This document shows positions 38,801 through 49,053 of a stretch of 64,000 nucleotides of DNA, in pieces (the stretch's first letter is position 1; the number at the start of each line of letters is the position of its first letter). The notes under the pieces were generated by a model. That model saw only the letters and a program-made list of their open reading frames with translations, had not been told where the DNA came from and made no database searches. Position numbers and translations under genes: made by a program. Source of the stretch: a virus; IMG/VR virus record IMGVR_UViG_3300020450_000010, positions 60,716 to 124,715 of that record; one strand, written 5' to 3'.

Positions 38801-41149
38801 GGAGGTGGTGGTGGAGGTGCAAGCGTATCTTATCAAAACAATGCACCAACAACCGGACTAAGCACAGGCGATTTATGGTTTGATACAGGCACTACTGGTG
38901 AACTTTATGTATACACAGGCAGTGAATGGATTAGCACTACTGGTGGTGCAGATGCCGCATTTATCCAAGTAAACTTTACTGGAAACGGTAGTAATCAATC
39001 ATTTGATACGCAAGCTGGACAAGGCACAGTTAGTATGGTATTCTTAAATGGTGTACTACTACAAAGAACAAACGATTACACAGAATCAAATGGTATAGTA
39101 AGTTTTGTAAACACTCCATTAAATGGCGATCAAATTGATGTTGTTATTACAGGTGAGGTAAATGCACTAACACTTCCAAGTTTAGGTTTAGCAAATCACA
39201 GTTTAATAGTAGTTGATGCCAGTGGTAATGTAACAGTAGATAGTTTAAAAGTTAGTGATCTCACAGACAACAGAATTGTTATTGCAGGTACAGCAGGCGA
39301 GTTAGAAGATGATGCAAACTTTACTTTTGATGGAACAAATATGGTTGTCAGTACAACCGGAGCAATACAAGTACCAAACGGAACTACTGCTCAGCGTCCT
39401 AGTGCAGTAACAGGACAGTTTAGATTTAATAGTACACTTACACAGTTTGAAGGATATGATGGTTCAGCTTGGGGTAAAATTGGCGGCGGAGATCTAAGTA
39501 TTGCTGGAGACAGTGGTACAGATAGTTTAGAGCTAGGTGTAGATACCCTAACAGTTAACAGTGGAACAGGTTTGACAACCACTGTAACAAATAATACTGT
39601 TACAATAGTCTTAGACAATACCGCAGTTACACCAGCAAGTTATGGTAGCGGAAGTGCAATTCCAGTCTTGACAATTGACGCACAAGGACGTATAACTAGT
39701 GCAAGCACAGCCAGTGTAAACATTGTCACTACAACAGATATAAGTGGTGATAGTGGAACTGATACAATTACACTAGGCACAGATACACTTAATTTTGAAG
39801 GCGATACAGGTATTACAACTACTGTATCCAATAACAAAGTTAGTATAGATTTAGATGACACAGCGGTTACACCAGCAAGTTATGGTAGTACAACTGCTAT
39901 ACCAGTAATTACAGTTGACCAACAAGGTAGAATCACAGCCGCTAGCACAGCAAGTTTAAGTGTCAATAAATTTGCAACTATCACAGTAACAGACACAGCA
40001 AGTGGAACTTTTGCACAAACAGGTAGTGTAAGTGCCGCTAGTGATAGCGACACACTAACATTTGTAGGTGGAACAAATGTAGACATTGATATCAATACAA
40101 CAAGTAAAACAATTAAGATTGATGCAGTGCCTACCAGTGCATATTTACAGCATACTTTTACAGGTGACAATACAACAACTGTATTCAATACCAGTAATAC
40201 AGCAATCAACGATACACAGATATTCATAAATGGTGTGTTGTTAGCAGACGGAGATTATTCAGTTAACACAGGAACTGGTGCTATCACGTTTGGTGTTGCT
40301 CCATTACTCAATGACGAAATAGTAGTCTACGCTTTTACAACAGACGTTAGTGTATTCAGTTTAAGTTCATTGGGAATTGCAAACCATGATAAAATAACTG
40401 TAGACAGTAGCGGTAATATCACAATGACTGCTAATGCAAAAATTAGTAATCTAGCAGATCCTACATCAGCACAAGATGCGGCAACAAAAGCATATGTTGA
40501 TGCACAACTTACTGCACAAGATTTAGATATAGCAGGTGATGGTGGAACAGGTGCAGTAGATTTAGATAGTCAAAGTTTAACAATAGCCGGAACAACAAAT
40601 GAAATAGAAACAAGTGCAAGTGGTCAAACAATTACAATTGGCTTGCCATCAGATGTGACCATTGGAAATGACTTAACTGTTAGCAATGATGCAACTATTA
40701 CTGGCGGGTTAACTGTTGATACAAATACACTCAAAGTAGACAAAGCAAACAATAGAGTTGGTGTTGGGATTGCAACACCGTTAGAGAAATTACATGTAGA
40801 TGGTGCAATTAGAATAGACGGAGTAAGCAACTTAGAAACAGTAAGCACTTCATTGTCAACAACCACACAGTCTGCAATAGATACTTTTGCAACAACAAAA
40901 TTTAGAAGTTGCAAATATACAGTACAAGCAACTGACACAGTAAGTAACGAATATCAAGTAGTTGAAGTATTATTGATACATGACGGAACAACTGCATATG
41001 TGACTACATACGGTGTCATGTTTACTGGCAGTGCAGAGATTGTAGCGTTCGATGCAGATGTGAACAGTGGAAATGTTAGATTACTAGCAACTGGTGCTAG
41101 TGCAAATAGCACACAGTATAAAGTTACAAGAATAAGCACATTGGTATAA
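35813..41149 (+). CDS. Large repetitive virion/fibre protein (1778 aa)
   Basis: GxTAQRP...GQIRFN...FEGY repeats, AFKTIxVxGQSDVxAD repeats, SYG...IPVITVD repeats and an internal duplication. Confidence 0.75.
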   Translation: MAVNLDHQRDRISTASGNITINTAGSLRIPVGNTAARPQGASVATGQIRFNTQLNIFEGYNGTAWSSIGGVKDTDGDTFINAEQSADDDTLRFYTANFERLTISDAGIVNITSSQQSTSTSTGALTVGGGVGIVKDVFVGGNLDVTGNITVGGTITLGDDDTDNININADINSNLIPNTTNNFDIGSSTKTWKDLFISGTIDASDSTDAIILPQGTDVQRPSSAQTGMLRFSTTTTKVEVYNGSAWTEVGAGDITRVNITAGTGLTGTQDTTAGDHTQTLNVDVGTSAGKIVQLDSYGKLPPIDGSQLTGVGTVTEAFKSIAVSGQSNVVADSSTDTVTFVAGNNITLSTDPSTDSITINSTASGSVTEAFKTIAVSGQSDVVADSATDILTLVAGPNMTISTNAAGDTITFASSGGGGGGGGGDITGVNITASTGLLGSQNTTTGDHIQTLSVDVGTTANKIVQLDGSGRLPALDGSQLTNLPSSGGSSTLTGLTDTNISSAIGGQHLQWNGSNWENTFNFSSSGTTFLSGFSVNRFIEYRNRLITIGSISSGDTVNFPTTTGSSAAIEWQVNNPGTDFVANITPGPLNINRSQYFRIIIDNTTGATKGSISGIKRNGTTQTVNWLNGAQPSVTGSNIYDVYDIYCFRGNGGSDETWYAELLTAGAGTAITVQDEGSSLSTAASVLNFVGAGVTATGTGATKTITIAGGGGGGGSTDAFKTISVAGQSDVIADNSTDILTLVAGSGMSLSTNAPADSITFVNDHTTFSSLTDTNISSAISGQHLLWNGSNWENTFNFSSSGTTFLSGFKTNRFIEYRNRLITIGSISSGDTVNFPTNSGSSAAIEWQVNNPGTDFVANITPGPSNINTSQYFRIIIDNTTGTPKGSISGIKRNGTIQTVNWLNGSLPSVSGNNIYDVYDIYCFRGNGGSDETWYAELLTVGGGGGASDAFKTISVAGQSDVIADSSTDTLTLVAGSNMTITTNAAGDTITFASSGGGGGGGASVSYQNNAPTTGLSTGDLWFDTGTTGELYVYTGSEWISTTGGADAAFIQVNFTGNGSNQSFDTQAGQGTVSMVFLNGVLLQRTNDYTESNGIVSFVNTPLNGDQIDVVITGEVNALTLPSLGLANHSLIVVDASGNVTVDSLKVSDLTDNRIVIAGTAGELEDDANFTFDGTNMVVSTTGAIQVPNGTTAQRPSAVTGQFRFNSTLTQFEGYDGSAWGKIGGGDLSIAGDSGTDSLELGVDTLTVNSGTGLTTTVTNNTVTIVLDNTAVTPASYGSGSAIPVLTIDAQGRITSASTASVNIVTTTDISGDSGTDTITLGTDTLNFEGDTGITTTVSNNKVSIDLDDTAVTPASYGSTTAIPVITVDQQGRITAASTASLSVNKFATITVTDTASGTFAQTGSVSAASDSDTLTFVGGTNVDIDINTTSKTIKIDAVPTSAYLQHTFTGDNTTTVFNTSNTAINDTQIFINGVLLADGDYSVNTGTGAITFGVAPLLNDEIVVYAFTTDVSVFSLSSLGIANHDKITVDSSGNITMTANAKISNLADPTSAQDAATKAYVDAQLTAQDLDIAGDGGTGAVDLDSQSLTIAGTTNEIETSASGQTITIGLPSDVTIGNDLTVSNDATITGGLTVDTNTLKVDKANNRVGVGIATPLEKLHVDGAIRIDGVSNLETVSTSLSTTTQSAIDTFATTKFRSCKYTVQATDTVSNEYQVVEVLLIHDGTTAYVTTYGVMFTGSAEIVAFDADVNSGNVRLLATGASANSTQYKVTRISTLV
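37295..38633 (+). repeat. Internal ~510-bp duplication (about 37295-37805 and 38123-38633)
   Basis: Two near-identical ~170-aa domains, LTDTNISSAI...SDETWYAELLT. Confidence 0.9.
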
Positions 41150-41153
41150 TAAT

Positions 41154-42257
41154 ATGGCAGTAAAAGATTTTATAGTAAAACAAAATACTCAAATGGCAGG
41201 ACATATTACTGTAGGTGGCTACTTAGGTGGTCCTGCGACCTTTATAATTGATCCTGCCGCAATTGGTGACAATACAGGTACTGTACAGATCAAAGGTAAC
41301 TTACAAGTTGATGGTACCAACACAACTATTAATAGTGCAACATTAACAGTTGATGATAAAAATATTGTTGTAGCAAGCGGCGCAGGTAATGCCGCGGCGG
41401 CTGATGGCGCCGGTCTTACAATTGACGGAGCAAGTGCTACTTTAACTTATACAGCATCAAATGATAGATTTGCATTTAATAAAGAACTTACAGTAGCAAG
41501 AGTACATGGAAATGTAACAGGAGATGTAACAGGAACAGTATCAGATATTAGTAATCATAGCACAACTAATCTGTCTGAAGGCACAAATTTATACTTTACA
41601 AATGCAAGAGCTGACGCAAGGATTGCGGCGGCAGATACAGATGCATTAAGCGAAGGTTCAACAAACTTATATTATACAGATGCTAGAGTACAAGCAGTAT
41701 CTATAAACAACTTAGTAGAAGACACAACACCACAACTTGGCGGAACACTTGATGCCAACAGTAATACAATTGATATGGGTACAAATATATTAACTGATAC
41801 AAACCTAGGACAATTTATTACAGCATATGGTTGGGGTAATCATGCAAGTGCTGGTTACTTAACAGCATTAAGTTTAAACACACTATCAGCTGGAGTATTA
41901 GATACACAAAATGATAGCATTGCATTTATAGATGCAAATGACAGTAACAACAGCAAAAAAGAAACAGTAGCAGACTTTTTAACAGCTATTGCTGGTTCGG
42001 GAATAACTGTAAGCAGTGGACAACTTACTGCGAGTGCCACTGAAACTGATACATTAGACTCAGTAACTACCAGAGGTGCAACTACTACAAACGATATTAG
42101 TGTAAATAAAGTAACAAGCACAGTGTCCACAGGTACTGCACCACTAGTTGTAGCTAGTACAACTAAAGTAGCAAACTTAAACGCTGATAAACTTGACGAC
42201 AAAGAATTTACAGACATTATTGCCGAAGCAACTGCACTGGCAATAGCATTAGGATAG
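41154..42257 (+). CDS. Fibre-like structural protein
   Basis: IDPAAIGDNTGT...TVDDKNI module and LSEGSTNLYYTDAR repeats; ends ALAIALG. Confidence 0.7.
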   Translation: MAVKDFIVKQNTQMAGHITVGGYLGGPATFIIDPAAIGDNTGTVQIKGNLQVDGTNTTINSATLTVDDKNIVVASGAGNAAAADGAGLTIDGASATLTYTASNDRFAFNKELTVARVHGNVTGDVTGTVSDISNHSTTNLSEGTNLYFTNARADARIAAADTDALSEGSTNLYYTDARVQAVSINNLVEDTTPQLGGTLDANSNTIDMGTNILTDTNLGQFITAYGWGNHASAGYLTALSLNTLSAGVLDTQNDSIAFIDANDSNNSKKETVADFLTAIAGSGITVSSGQLTASATETDTLDSVTTRGATTTNDISVNKVTSTVSTGTAPLVVASTTKVANLNADKLDDKEFTDIIAEATALAIALG

Positions 42258-42260
42258 AAA

Positions 42261-42569
42261 ATGGCACAAGTATTTAAAAATTATACACAAGCATCAATAG
42301 GAACATCACCCGCAACTGTTTACACAGTACCAGGAGCAACTACAAGTATTGTAATTGGATTAAACTTAGCAAACAGAACAGCAAATACAATTACAGCAAG
42401 TGCTCAATTGGGTAGTGTTTATATTATTAAAGATGCACCAATTCCAGGTGGAGGTGCATTAAGTGTGCTTGAAGGAAAAATCATAGCAGAAGCCGCTGAC
42501 ACAATAGTGGTAACCAGCAATACTGCATCAAGCACTGATGCAATAGTTAGTGTATTAGAGCAGACATAA
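42261..42569 (+). CDS. Small beta-rich structural/adaptor protein
   Basis: 102 aa, coupled to both neighbours. Confidence 0.65.
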   Translation: MAQVFKNYTQASIGTSPATVYTVPGATTSIVIGLNLANRTANTITASAQLGSVYIIKDAPIPGGGALSVLEGKIIAEAADTIVVTSNTASSTDAIVSVLEQT

Positions 42570-44038
42570 TGGGTAAAGCAAAAGAACTTGCAGAATTAGC
42601 AAATAATCTTACAGTTAGTGGCGGCGCAGTTACCGTTAGTGGATTCAACTATGATAATATCGTAGCTAGTGCTCCGGGTGCATTGGATACACTAAATGAA
42701 TTAGCCGCGGCGATTGGTGATGATGCAAATTTCAGTACAACAGTAACCAACAGTATTGCAACTAAACTACCACTAGCTGGGGGAACACTTACTGGTAATA
42801 TTGCTCATGCTAGTGATTTAACAATAGATGTTGGTGGTGATATTACTTTTGATGCTGACGGTGGAGATATTATTCTTAAAGACGGTGGTGCTGAGTATGG
42901 TAAGCTATCACAAGTACTTGGTGGTCTTACAATTAAATCTGGTGCTAGTTCGACACCCGCTTTTGTATTGGATGGATCTGGAAATGTTATTGGTGGAGGT
43001 AACTATACTACCAATGGTCGTATTGGTATTGGTACAGATACTCCAGCCGTTGCATTAGATGTTGTCGGAGATCTAAGAGTTGCAAATAGTGCTGACGCTA
43101 TGTTATCAATTAGCGATGTTATAGGTGAAGTAGGTAGTGGAAATTTAGCTTTTCAAGTTCAAAACACAGCAGGATCTGCATTAAAGCCAATGGGTTTTAG
43201 GGCTGAAGATATAAGGTTTGCTACTGGTTCAGCAGAGCGGTTTCGCATCACAAGCACAGGTTACTTAGACGCCACAGGAGCATCACAAATTCGTCTTACT
43301 TTAGGTAGCGAAGGAACGGCAGGAACAAACACTGCAAACTGGATTAGAGGCAATGGAACAACATTAGGTTTTAATAGTGCTAGTGGTGGATTTCATTTTG
43401 AAATAGGTGGTAACGAAAAATTAAAGATAGACTCAACGGGTCAGGTTGGTATTGGTACAAATTCTCCTACTGTAGGTTTAGACATGTACGGAGCAGGTAA
43501 TATGTCTAGAATAAAACTAAGAAACAGCTCAGGTCATCAAATAAATTTTGGACTTTGGGACGGTACAAATTATAGGATGGAAGGTGATGCAAATAGACCT
43601 ATTCTTATTACATCTTACAATGGTAATGGAGTACAAATTGGTGGAAGCGGAGCAAACAATATGCAAGTCAGCACCGGCGGTGTAGATTTCATGCCAAATA
43701 GCGGTGGTTCATTCAATTTCAAAGGCGGTGGAGGGAATCAACTGTCGATCAAAACTGCACAATATACAGCTGGCTCAGGAACAAGTATAGGAACGTCAAA
43801 TATACAGGTCGTAAACAGTGCTTTTGGCGCATTGGTATTTGTAGCTGGATATGGCAACGGGCAGTTTTGTGATCTAGTTTACTTTGGATACAATGCTAGT
43901 CCTACAATATTAGCACAACAGACTATTGCTGGATCACCACCTAGTAGAATTTATACAGGAAGTGGGTATGCATTATACTTAAGATACAGTTCAGGTTCAT
44001 TAACTACTAAAGTAAATTGTATACAGTCGCATTCATAA
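42569..44038 (+). CDS. Tail fibre/receptor-binding-like protein
   Basis: LNELAAAIGDD module, GxVGIGT repeats and a unique C-terminal domain. Confidence 0.7.
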   Translation: MGKAKELAELANNLTVSGGAVTVSGFNYDNIVASAPGALDTLNELAAAIGDDANFSTTVTNSIATKLPLAGGTLTGNIAHASDLTIDVGGDITFDADGGDIILKDGGAEYGKLSQVLGGLTIKSGASSTPAFVLDGSGNVIGGGNYTTNGRIGIGTDTPAVALDVVGDLRVANSADAMLSISDVIGEVGSGNLAFQVQNTAGSALKPMGFRAEDIRFATGSAERFRITSTGYLDATGASQIRLTLGSEGTAGTNTANWIRGNGTTLGFNSASGGFHFEIGGNEKLKIDSTGQVGIGTNSPTVGLDMYGAGNMSRIKLRNSSGHQINFGLWDGTNYRMEGDANRPILITSYNGNGVQIGGSGANNMQVSTGGVDFMPNSGGSFNFKGGGGNQLSIKTAQYTAGSGTSIGTSNIQVVNSAFGALVFVAGYGNGQFCDLVYFGYNASPTILAQQTIAGSPPSRIYTGSGYALYLRYSSGSLTTKVNCIQSHS

Positions 44039-44047
44039 GGATATAAA

Positions 44048-44305
44048 ATGGCAATAACAAAAACATATGCATACAAAAAAAGAACAGATGACTTTGGAGA
44101 TCTGTTGGGTATTGCACATAGAGTAACACTTGTAAAAGATGGCGTAACCAAAAAAATATCAGCACAAGAAGTCATAGGCGAAGCTGATGAGCTGGGTATT
44201 GCAACAATGACTGATGCTGAACTTTTAGCTCATTGTAAAACAATGTTTAGTGATGATATGATAGAAGCGGCATTTGACGTAGAAGATCCTCCAGCACCAA
44301 GTTAA
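44048..44305 (+). CDS. Small partner protein of the fibre gene
   Basis: 85 aa with an AAGGA RBS; its stop codon is the first TAA of junction element copy 1. Confidence 0.65.
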   Translation: MAITKTYAYKKRTDDFGDLLGIAHRVTLVKDGVTKKISAQEVIGEADELGIATMTDAELLAHCKTMFSDDMIEAAFDVEDPPAPS

Positions 44306-44340
44306 ACATAAATATGTATAATAGATAAGGTATACGTATG
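44303..44340 (+). repeat. Cassette junction element, copy 1
   Basis: TAAACATAAATATGTATAATAGATAAGGTATACGTATG. Confidence 0.9.
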
Positions 44341-46770
44341 GCTCTCAACAAACTAACAGCAGATGCACTAGTAGACGGCACACTTGATGCTGATGCTATT
44401 GGTACTGCTAGTGTAACACATCAAAAATTACATTCAAATATTATTAGTGGACAAACTGCAATTGGTACAGTTGATGCTAGTAACGACTTGCTATTAATTT
44501 ATGATAATAATGCAACCAGTTTGAAAAAAGTACCAGTATCAAGTGTAGGTGCTACAAATACCGATTCAATCACAGAAGGTAGTTCTAATCTATACTATAC
44601 AAATGCTAGGGCAGATGCAAGAGCTCAATTAAAAATAGATGCATTAGTTGACAGTGCTCCTGGTGCTCTTAACACATTAAATGAACTGGCGGCGGCATTG
44701 GGAGATGACGCAAATTTCTCTACCACCGTGACTAATAGTATAGCAACTAAACTACCACTAGCTGGTGGTACAATGAGCGGGGATATTGATGGCAACGGAA
44801 ATAAAGTCCTATTTGCAAATGTATACGCTCAATTAGCTGATTTACCAAGTGCGAGCACCTATCACGGAATGTTTGCTCATGTTCATGCTACCAACGCGGC
44901 TTATTATGCACATGCAGGTGCATGGGTACAATTAGCAGATAATAGTAATGTATTGCAACTTTCGGGTGGAACACTTACAGGCAATTTACAATTTGCTGGA
45001 GGAGGAACCGTAAGTTCAAACGGTGCATCCGACACAGTTGTTTTGTCAGGTTCTACGGCAGTAAACCTCGGAGGTAATATAACTTTACATGGACAAAGTC
45101 ATAGTAATGCAAGCCAGATATTCTTTAAAAATGGTTCAACTAATGCAATGACAATTGCAGGTGGTAAGGTTGGTATTGGTACAGCGAGTCCAAGTGCTCC
45201 TTTAGATGTAGTTGTTAATAATACTGTATATGTAGGAGAATTTATACAGCAAAATACTTCCAATGGAGATGGTGTACTTATACAGGTAGGTAGTACAGCG
45301 GCGGCTGACTATGCTTTAACAGTAAGGTCAGATGCTGGTAACACTTCTGTGTTGGCGGCTAAAGCAGATGGTAATGTTGGTATTGGAACTTTTACTCCTT
45401 CTTATAAACTGCATTCAGAAACATCAAGCGGTACAGATTATGCTGGATATTTTCGCAATACATCAGGTTCTGGAAATAGTACATCTTTGATTGCAAGAGG
45501 TGGCGCAAACAATACATCAGCTAACTTTCAAGTGCAAGACTATAATGGAAACGCTGATTTTACAGTGACTGGTGTAGGTAAGGTTGGTATTGGTAATACT
45601 GATCCAGGGCAACTCTTAGAAGTGACAGGATCAGGTGCTACAATAAGAGTTGAAAGTACAGACAACAATCCACAAGGTATTGAGTTTTATCAAACCAATA
45701 CTAAAAATGCAAGCATCATGTGGGGACAAGGTAATGCAAATTTAGAGATTAGAAATTTTAGAAATGATCAAAATGCTAATCATCTTTATGCTAACATTGA
45801 TTTTTTCACTGGTGGATCAAATGCAACTAGTCCAAATTACAATCCTGAACTAAGAATGAGAATTACAGATGACGGCACAATAGGAATAGGAGACTCAGAT
45901 CCTAAAGAAATGTTGGTTGTTACAGGCGGTGGAGCAGGACATGGATTATTACTAGGAGTCGTAGACACAGGCGGAAGTCAACCAACAGTTGGTACAGCTT
46001 TAGCAAGTATAGGATTCAAACACTACACAAGTGGGGCGACAAATAATAATGCTGACGCTAAAATTGATGCTGTGGTAGATTTATCAGATCATTCAGGTAC
46101 ATCAGCTGGTACAGCCCTGAGATTTTATACAAAACCTACAAGTACTGGTCCAGGAAGTGCTCCTACAGAAGCAGTAAAAATTACAGAAAATAAAAAGATT
46201 ATTCAAAATGGTGGCGGATATTATGCCGCACTCCATAACTCATCATCAGCTGGTTTTTATGGTGATGGAATTGGATTTGCAATGGGACCTGCATTTAGAA
46301 GTTCTAATTATTATTATGGTAATTCAACAGGTAGTTTTGATTTTGTGACAATGTATGCTAGTGGACATTGGGGAACAGGACATGAAGGATATCTTTGGCT
46401 TATCACAACATACTACAATCCAGGACATAGACTATATCACTTTGTACAACACAGAGGTGGACACATTACACTTAGTTTGATACATACCAGAGGTGAAAAT
46501 GGAGGTTGTACAGCATCAACTGTAACCAATACTTCAGGTGGAAATCACAGTGGACAAAGTGTAGCACAAAGCAGTATAAGAATTAGCAGTGGATTTACAT
46601 ATGAAAATCACTATGCGGTACTGCAATTCAATCATTCAGGAGCTTCAACTAGAGTATATGATAGTTCTAGTACTGCTTCGAATGTACAAACCAATGCTTA
46701 TTCAAATGGTAGTACTGTACACTTTCTATCAATGGGTGTACAAGGATATCCAGGGAGGGCTACAGCATAA
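44338..46770 (+). CDS. Tail fibre/receptor-binding-like protein (810 aa)
   Basis: Shared N-terminal modules, several GxVGIG repeats and a unique C-terminus. Confidence 0.72.
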   Translation: MALNKLTADALVDGTLDADAIGTASVTHQKLHSNIISGQTAIGTVDASNDLLLIYDNNATSLKKVPVSSVGATNTDSITEGSSNLYYTNARADARAQLKIDALVDSAPGALNTLNELAAALGDDANFSTTVTNSIATKLPLAGGTMSGDIDGNGNKVLFANVYAQLADLPSASTYHGMFAHVHATNAAYYAHAGAWVQLADNSNVLQLSGGTLTGNLQFAGGGTVSSNGASDTVVLSGSTAVNLGGNITLHGQSHSNASQIFFKNGSTNAMTIAGGKVGIGTASPSAPLDVVVNNTVYVGEFIQQNTSNGDGVLIQVGSTAAADYALTVRSDAGNTSVLAAKADGNVGIGTFTPSYKLHSETSSGTDYAGYFRNTSGSGNSTSLIARGGANNTSANFQVQDYNGNADFTVTGVGKVGIGNTDPGQLLEVTGSGATIRVESTDNNPQGIEFYQTNTKNASIMWGQGNANLEIRNFRNDQNANHLYANIDFFTGGSNATSPNYNPELRMRITDDGTIGIGDSDPKEMLVVTGGGAGHGLLLGVVDTGGSQPTVGTALASIGFKHYTSGATNNNADAKIDAVVDLSDHSGTSAGTALRFYTKPTSTGPGSAPTEAVKITENKKIIQNGGGYYAALHNSSSAGFYGDGIGFAMGPAFRSSNYYYGNSTGSFDFVTMYASGHWGTGHEGYLWLITTYYNPGHRLYHFVQHRGGHITLSLIHTRGENGGCTASTVTNTSGGNHSGQSVAQSSIRISSGFTYENHYAVLQFNHSGASTRVYDSSSTASNVQTNAYSNGSTVHFLSMGVQGYPGRATA

Positions 46771-46997
46771 TGGAAAAAACAGTTTGGTTTTTTATTGATA
46801 GTGATGATAAAATGATACTTGCTTGTGACAGTTCTGATGGTTGTACACAAGAGTATGCAAAGAGAATTGAATACAACTATACAAAAGATTGTGTAGCTTT
46901 TGATTATATCGACGGATCTCCATATGGATATACAAATCAAGAGATGATAGATAGAATAGTAAGTGGTGAGTTAGTAGTGGAAGACTATGATCCATAA
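46770..46997 (+). CDS. Small partner protein
   Basis: 75 aa, TAATG-coupled to the fibre gene. Confidence 0.6.
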   Translation: MEKTVWFFIDSDDKMILACDSSDGCTQEYAKRIEYNYTKDCVAFDYIDGSPYGYTNQEMIDRIVSGELVVEDYDP

Positions 46998-47000
46998 ATA
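46993..47000 (+). promoter_or_regulatory. Late promoter variant CATAAATA (degenerate junction)
   Basis: Overlaps the upstream stop, followed by AGGA and the ATG at 47019. Confidence 0.55.
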
Positions 47001-47018
47001 TTATGAACAGGAAGTTTT

Positions 47019-48725
47019 ATGTCAACTCTTAAGATAGAACATATTGCAAATATAGCAAACAGTGGACCTGACATCAGTATTGATACCAACGGTCACCTCA
47101 ACATTGTAAATGGAAGTTTACAAATGGGCGGTACCACCATGTTGGATACCAGTGACACAACACTTAAAAATGTAAGCAAAATAGGTATTGGTACTGCTAG
47201 TCCTGGATACAAATTACAAGTAGATCATGGAACTACGGCACAATATGCTAGTTCTATTAGAAACACAGCAGACAATTTACAATTACTGTTAGGAACTACA
47301 ACTGGCGGTTTGCTAAACATACAAGGTAAAACAATTAATTCAAATGCGGTTTATCAAATTTCATTACAATCTGAAGGAGGTAACGTTGGTATTGGAACTA
47401 CAACTACAGGTGCAAGAAAAGTCAGAATAGTTGGCAGTTCATCTGCTTATCCATTAGCACTTGATAGTACTGATACAGATTATCAGTTAGAATTTCAAAA
47501 AAATGGAACTTCTGAATGGTGGATTGCGGCAAGTGCTAGCAGTTTTAAAATACATGAAAACGGAGTAGGTGATAAACTAACTATACTATCAGGTGGCAAT
47601 GTTGGCATTGGTGTAACTAATCCGAGTGCTTATTACTCCAAGGATTTGGTTCTCGGTGCTGTTGATGAAGGAGGTATGACATTTGTTTCTGATCCTGCAC
47701 ACAGAGCTTATATTATGTTTGCAGATGGTGCTAGTGGCGGAAACGAAAGATACAGAGGACAAATTAGTTATGATCATGCAAATGATCAAATGTCTTTTAC
47801 TACAGCGGCAAGCACTGCCGTAACAATTGATAGCTCCGGTGATATTGGAGTGGGGGTTGTTCCGTATGCTAATGCAAGACTAACCATTGGTGGTGGTGAT
47901 GGCGGTGGATATCCAGCTGTATTAATGTATGATAATAATAACTCTAGTGGTGCTGAATTCTTTATGCTTGCCACAGACACAAATTGGGTAGCTGGCTCTA
48001 ATAAATTTATTATGGGACATGGCGCACCTTCTAGTGGTAATACTGATGTTACTATAGATAGTAATGGTTATGTTGGAATCAATACCACAAGTCCACAAAG
48101 AGCGTTACACATACATGATCATTCCGCAACTGGTTTACATATTACTAATACACAAAGTGGTGCTGGTGCTAATGATGGTTTTAGTCAATATATCAGAGAT
48201 GACAACCAAGCTACTGAATTAATGGTAAGAGAAAATAGCTATTTGGGTTTTGGAACCAATAATACACTACGAGCTAAAATTTTAAGTTCAGGTGAACTCT
48301 TTTGGCCTGAAATTAGTAATAGAGGAGATCTAACATTTCCTATTTGTAGTATCAGTAATAATGGTAGTGGTGGTCAATACTTACATGCACAGTTTCAATC
48401 ATATGGCGGAGTTATGTTACACATAAGTTTCAAAGGTTATGATTACACTGCAAATATTAAGAGTGGAAGTGGTGGAACATATGTTTATAACACAGCAGGT
48501 CAACAAGTAGGATATAGCAGAGCGTTTAGTGGAGATTGTGTAGAAGTATATCAAACCACAACAAATAGAGTTGAACTGGTGATTAACACAGGCGGAAGTG
48601 CTACTGGTAACAGATGGGGAAGCATGGTTTTCTTCGGAGGAACAGATACAATTACCGGTGATACTCCACTTACACTAGTGCAATACGGTTGGAATGGTAG
48701 CACATCAAGGATGTTTAGCTCATGA
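47019..48725 (+). CDS. Tail fibre/receptor-binding-like protein (568 aa)
   Basis: Multiple GNVGIG repeats. Confidence 0.7.
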   Translation: MSTLKIEHIANIANSGPDISIDTNGHLNIVNGSLQMGGTTMLDTSDTTLKNVSKIGIGTASPGYKLQVDHGTTAQYASSIRNTADNLQLLLGTTTGGLLNIQGKTINSNAVYQISLQSEGGNVGIGTTTTGARKVRIVGSSSAYPLALDSTDTDYQLEFQKNGTSEWWIAASASSFKIHENGVGDKLTILSGGNVGIGVTNPSAYYSKDLVLGAVDEGGMTFVSDPAHRAYIMFADGASGGNERYRGQISYDHANDQMSFTTAASTAVTIDSSGDIGVGVVPYANARLTIGGGDGGGYPAVLMYDNNNSSGAEFFMLATDTNWVAGSNKFIMGHGAPSSGNTDVTIDSNGYVGINTTSPQRALHIHDHSATGLHITNTQSGAGANDGFSQYIRDDNQATELMVRENSYLGFGTNNTLRAKILSSGELFWPEISNRGDLTFPICSISNNGSGGQYLHAQFQSYGGVMLHISFKGYDYTANIKSGSGGTYVYNTAGQQVGYSRAFSGDCVEVYQTTTNRVELVINTGGSATGNRWGSMVFFGGTDTITGDTPLTLVQYGWNGSTSRMFSS

Positions 48726-49018
48726 CAAAAATGGTTACAAAAGCAGATGGCACAGTCAAGTATGTTGAAGATGCATTTTTAGACAGTGTTGTAGAAGAAA
48801 CTGATACTGTACAAGACATGCCTGTATTAGAACGCAGAGAACCTACAGCAGAAGAAATTGCTAATAATTTAGTAGCAGGTGATAATATCCGAGCTAGAAA
48901 ATATCTAGCAGATACAGATTGGTATGTAACTAGAAAAGCAGAAACAGGCAAAGATATACCAGATGATATCTTAACCAAAAGACAAGAAGCTAGAGAGAAA
49001 GTCAAGGCTATTGACTAA
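48722..49018 (+). CDS. Probable fibre assembly chaperone
   Basis: ARKYLADTDWY...RQEARE resembles the L..TDW...RQ.LRD tail-assembly-chaperone motif. Confidence 0.6.
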   Translation: MTKMVTKADGTVKYVEDAFLDSVVEETDTVQDMPVLERREPTAEEIANNLVAGDNIRARKYLADTDWYVTRKAETGKDIPDDILTKRQEAREKVKAID

Positions 49019-49053
49019 ACATAAATATGTATAGCAAATAGGGATATATTATG
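49016..49053 (+). repeat. Cassette junction element, copy 2 (diverged)
   Basis: TAAACATAAATATGTATAGCAAATAGGGATATATTATG. Confidence 0.85.
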
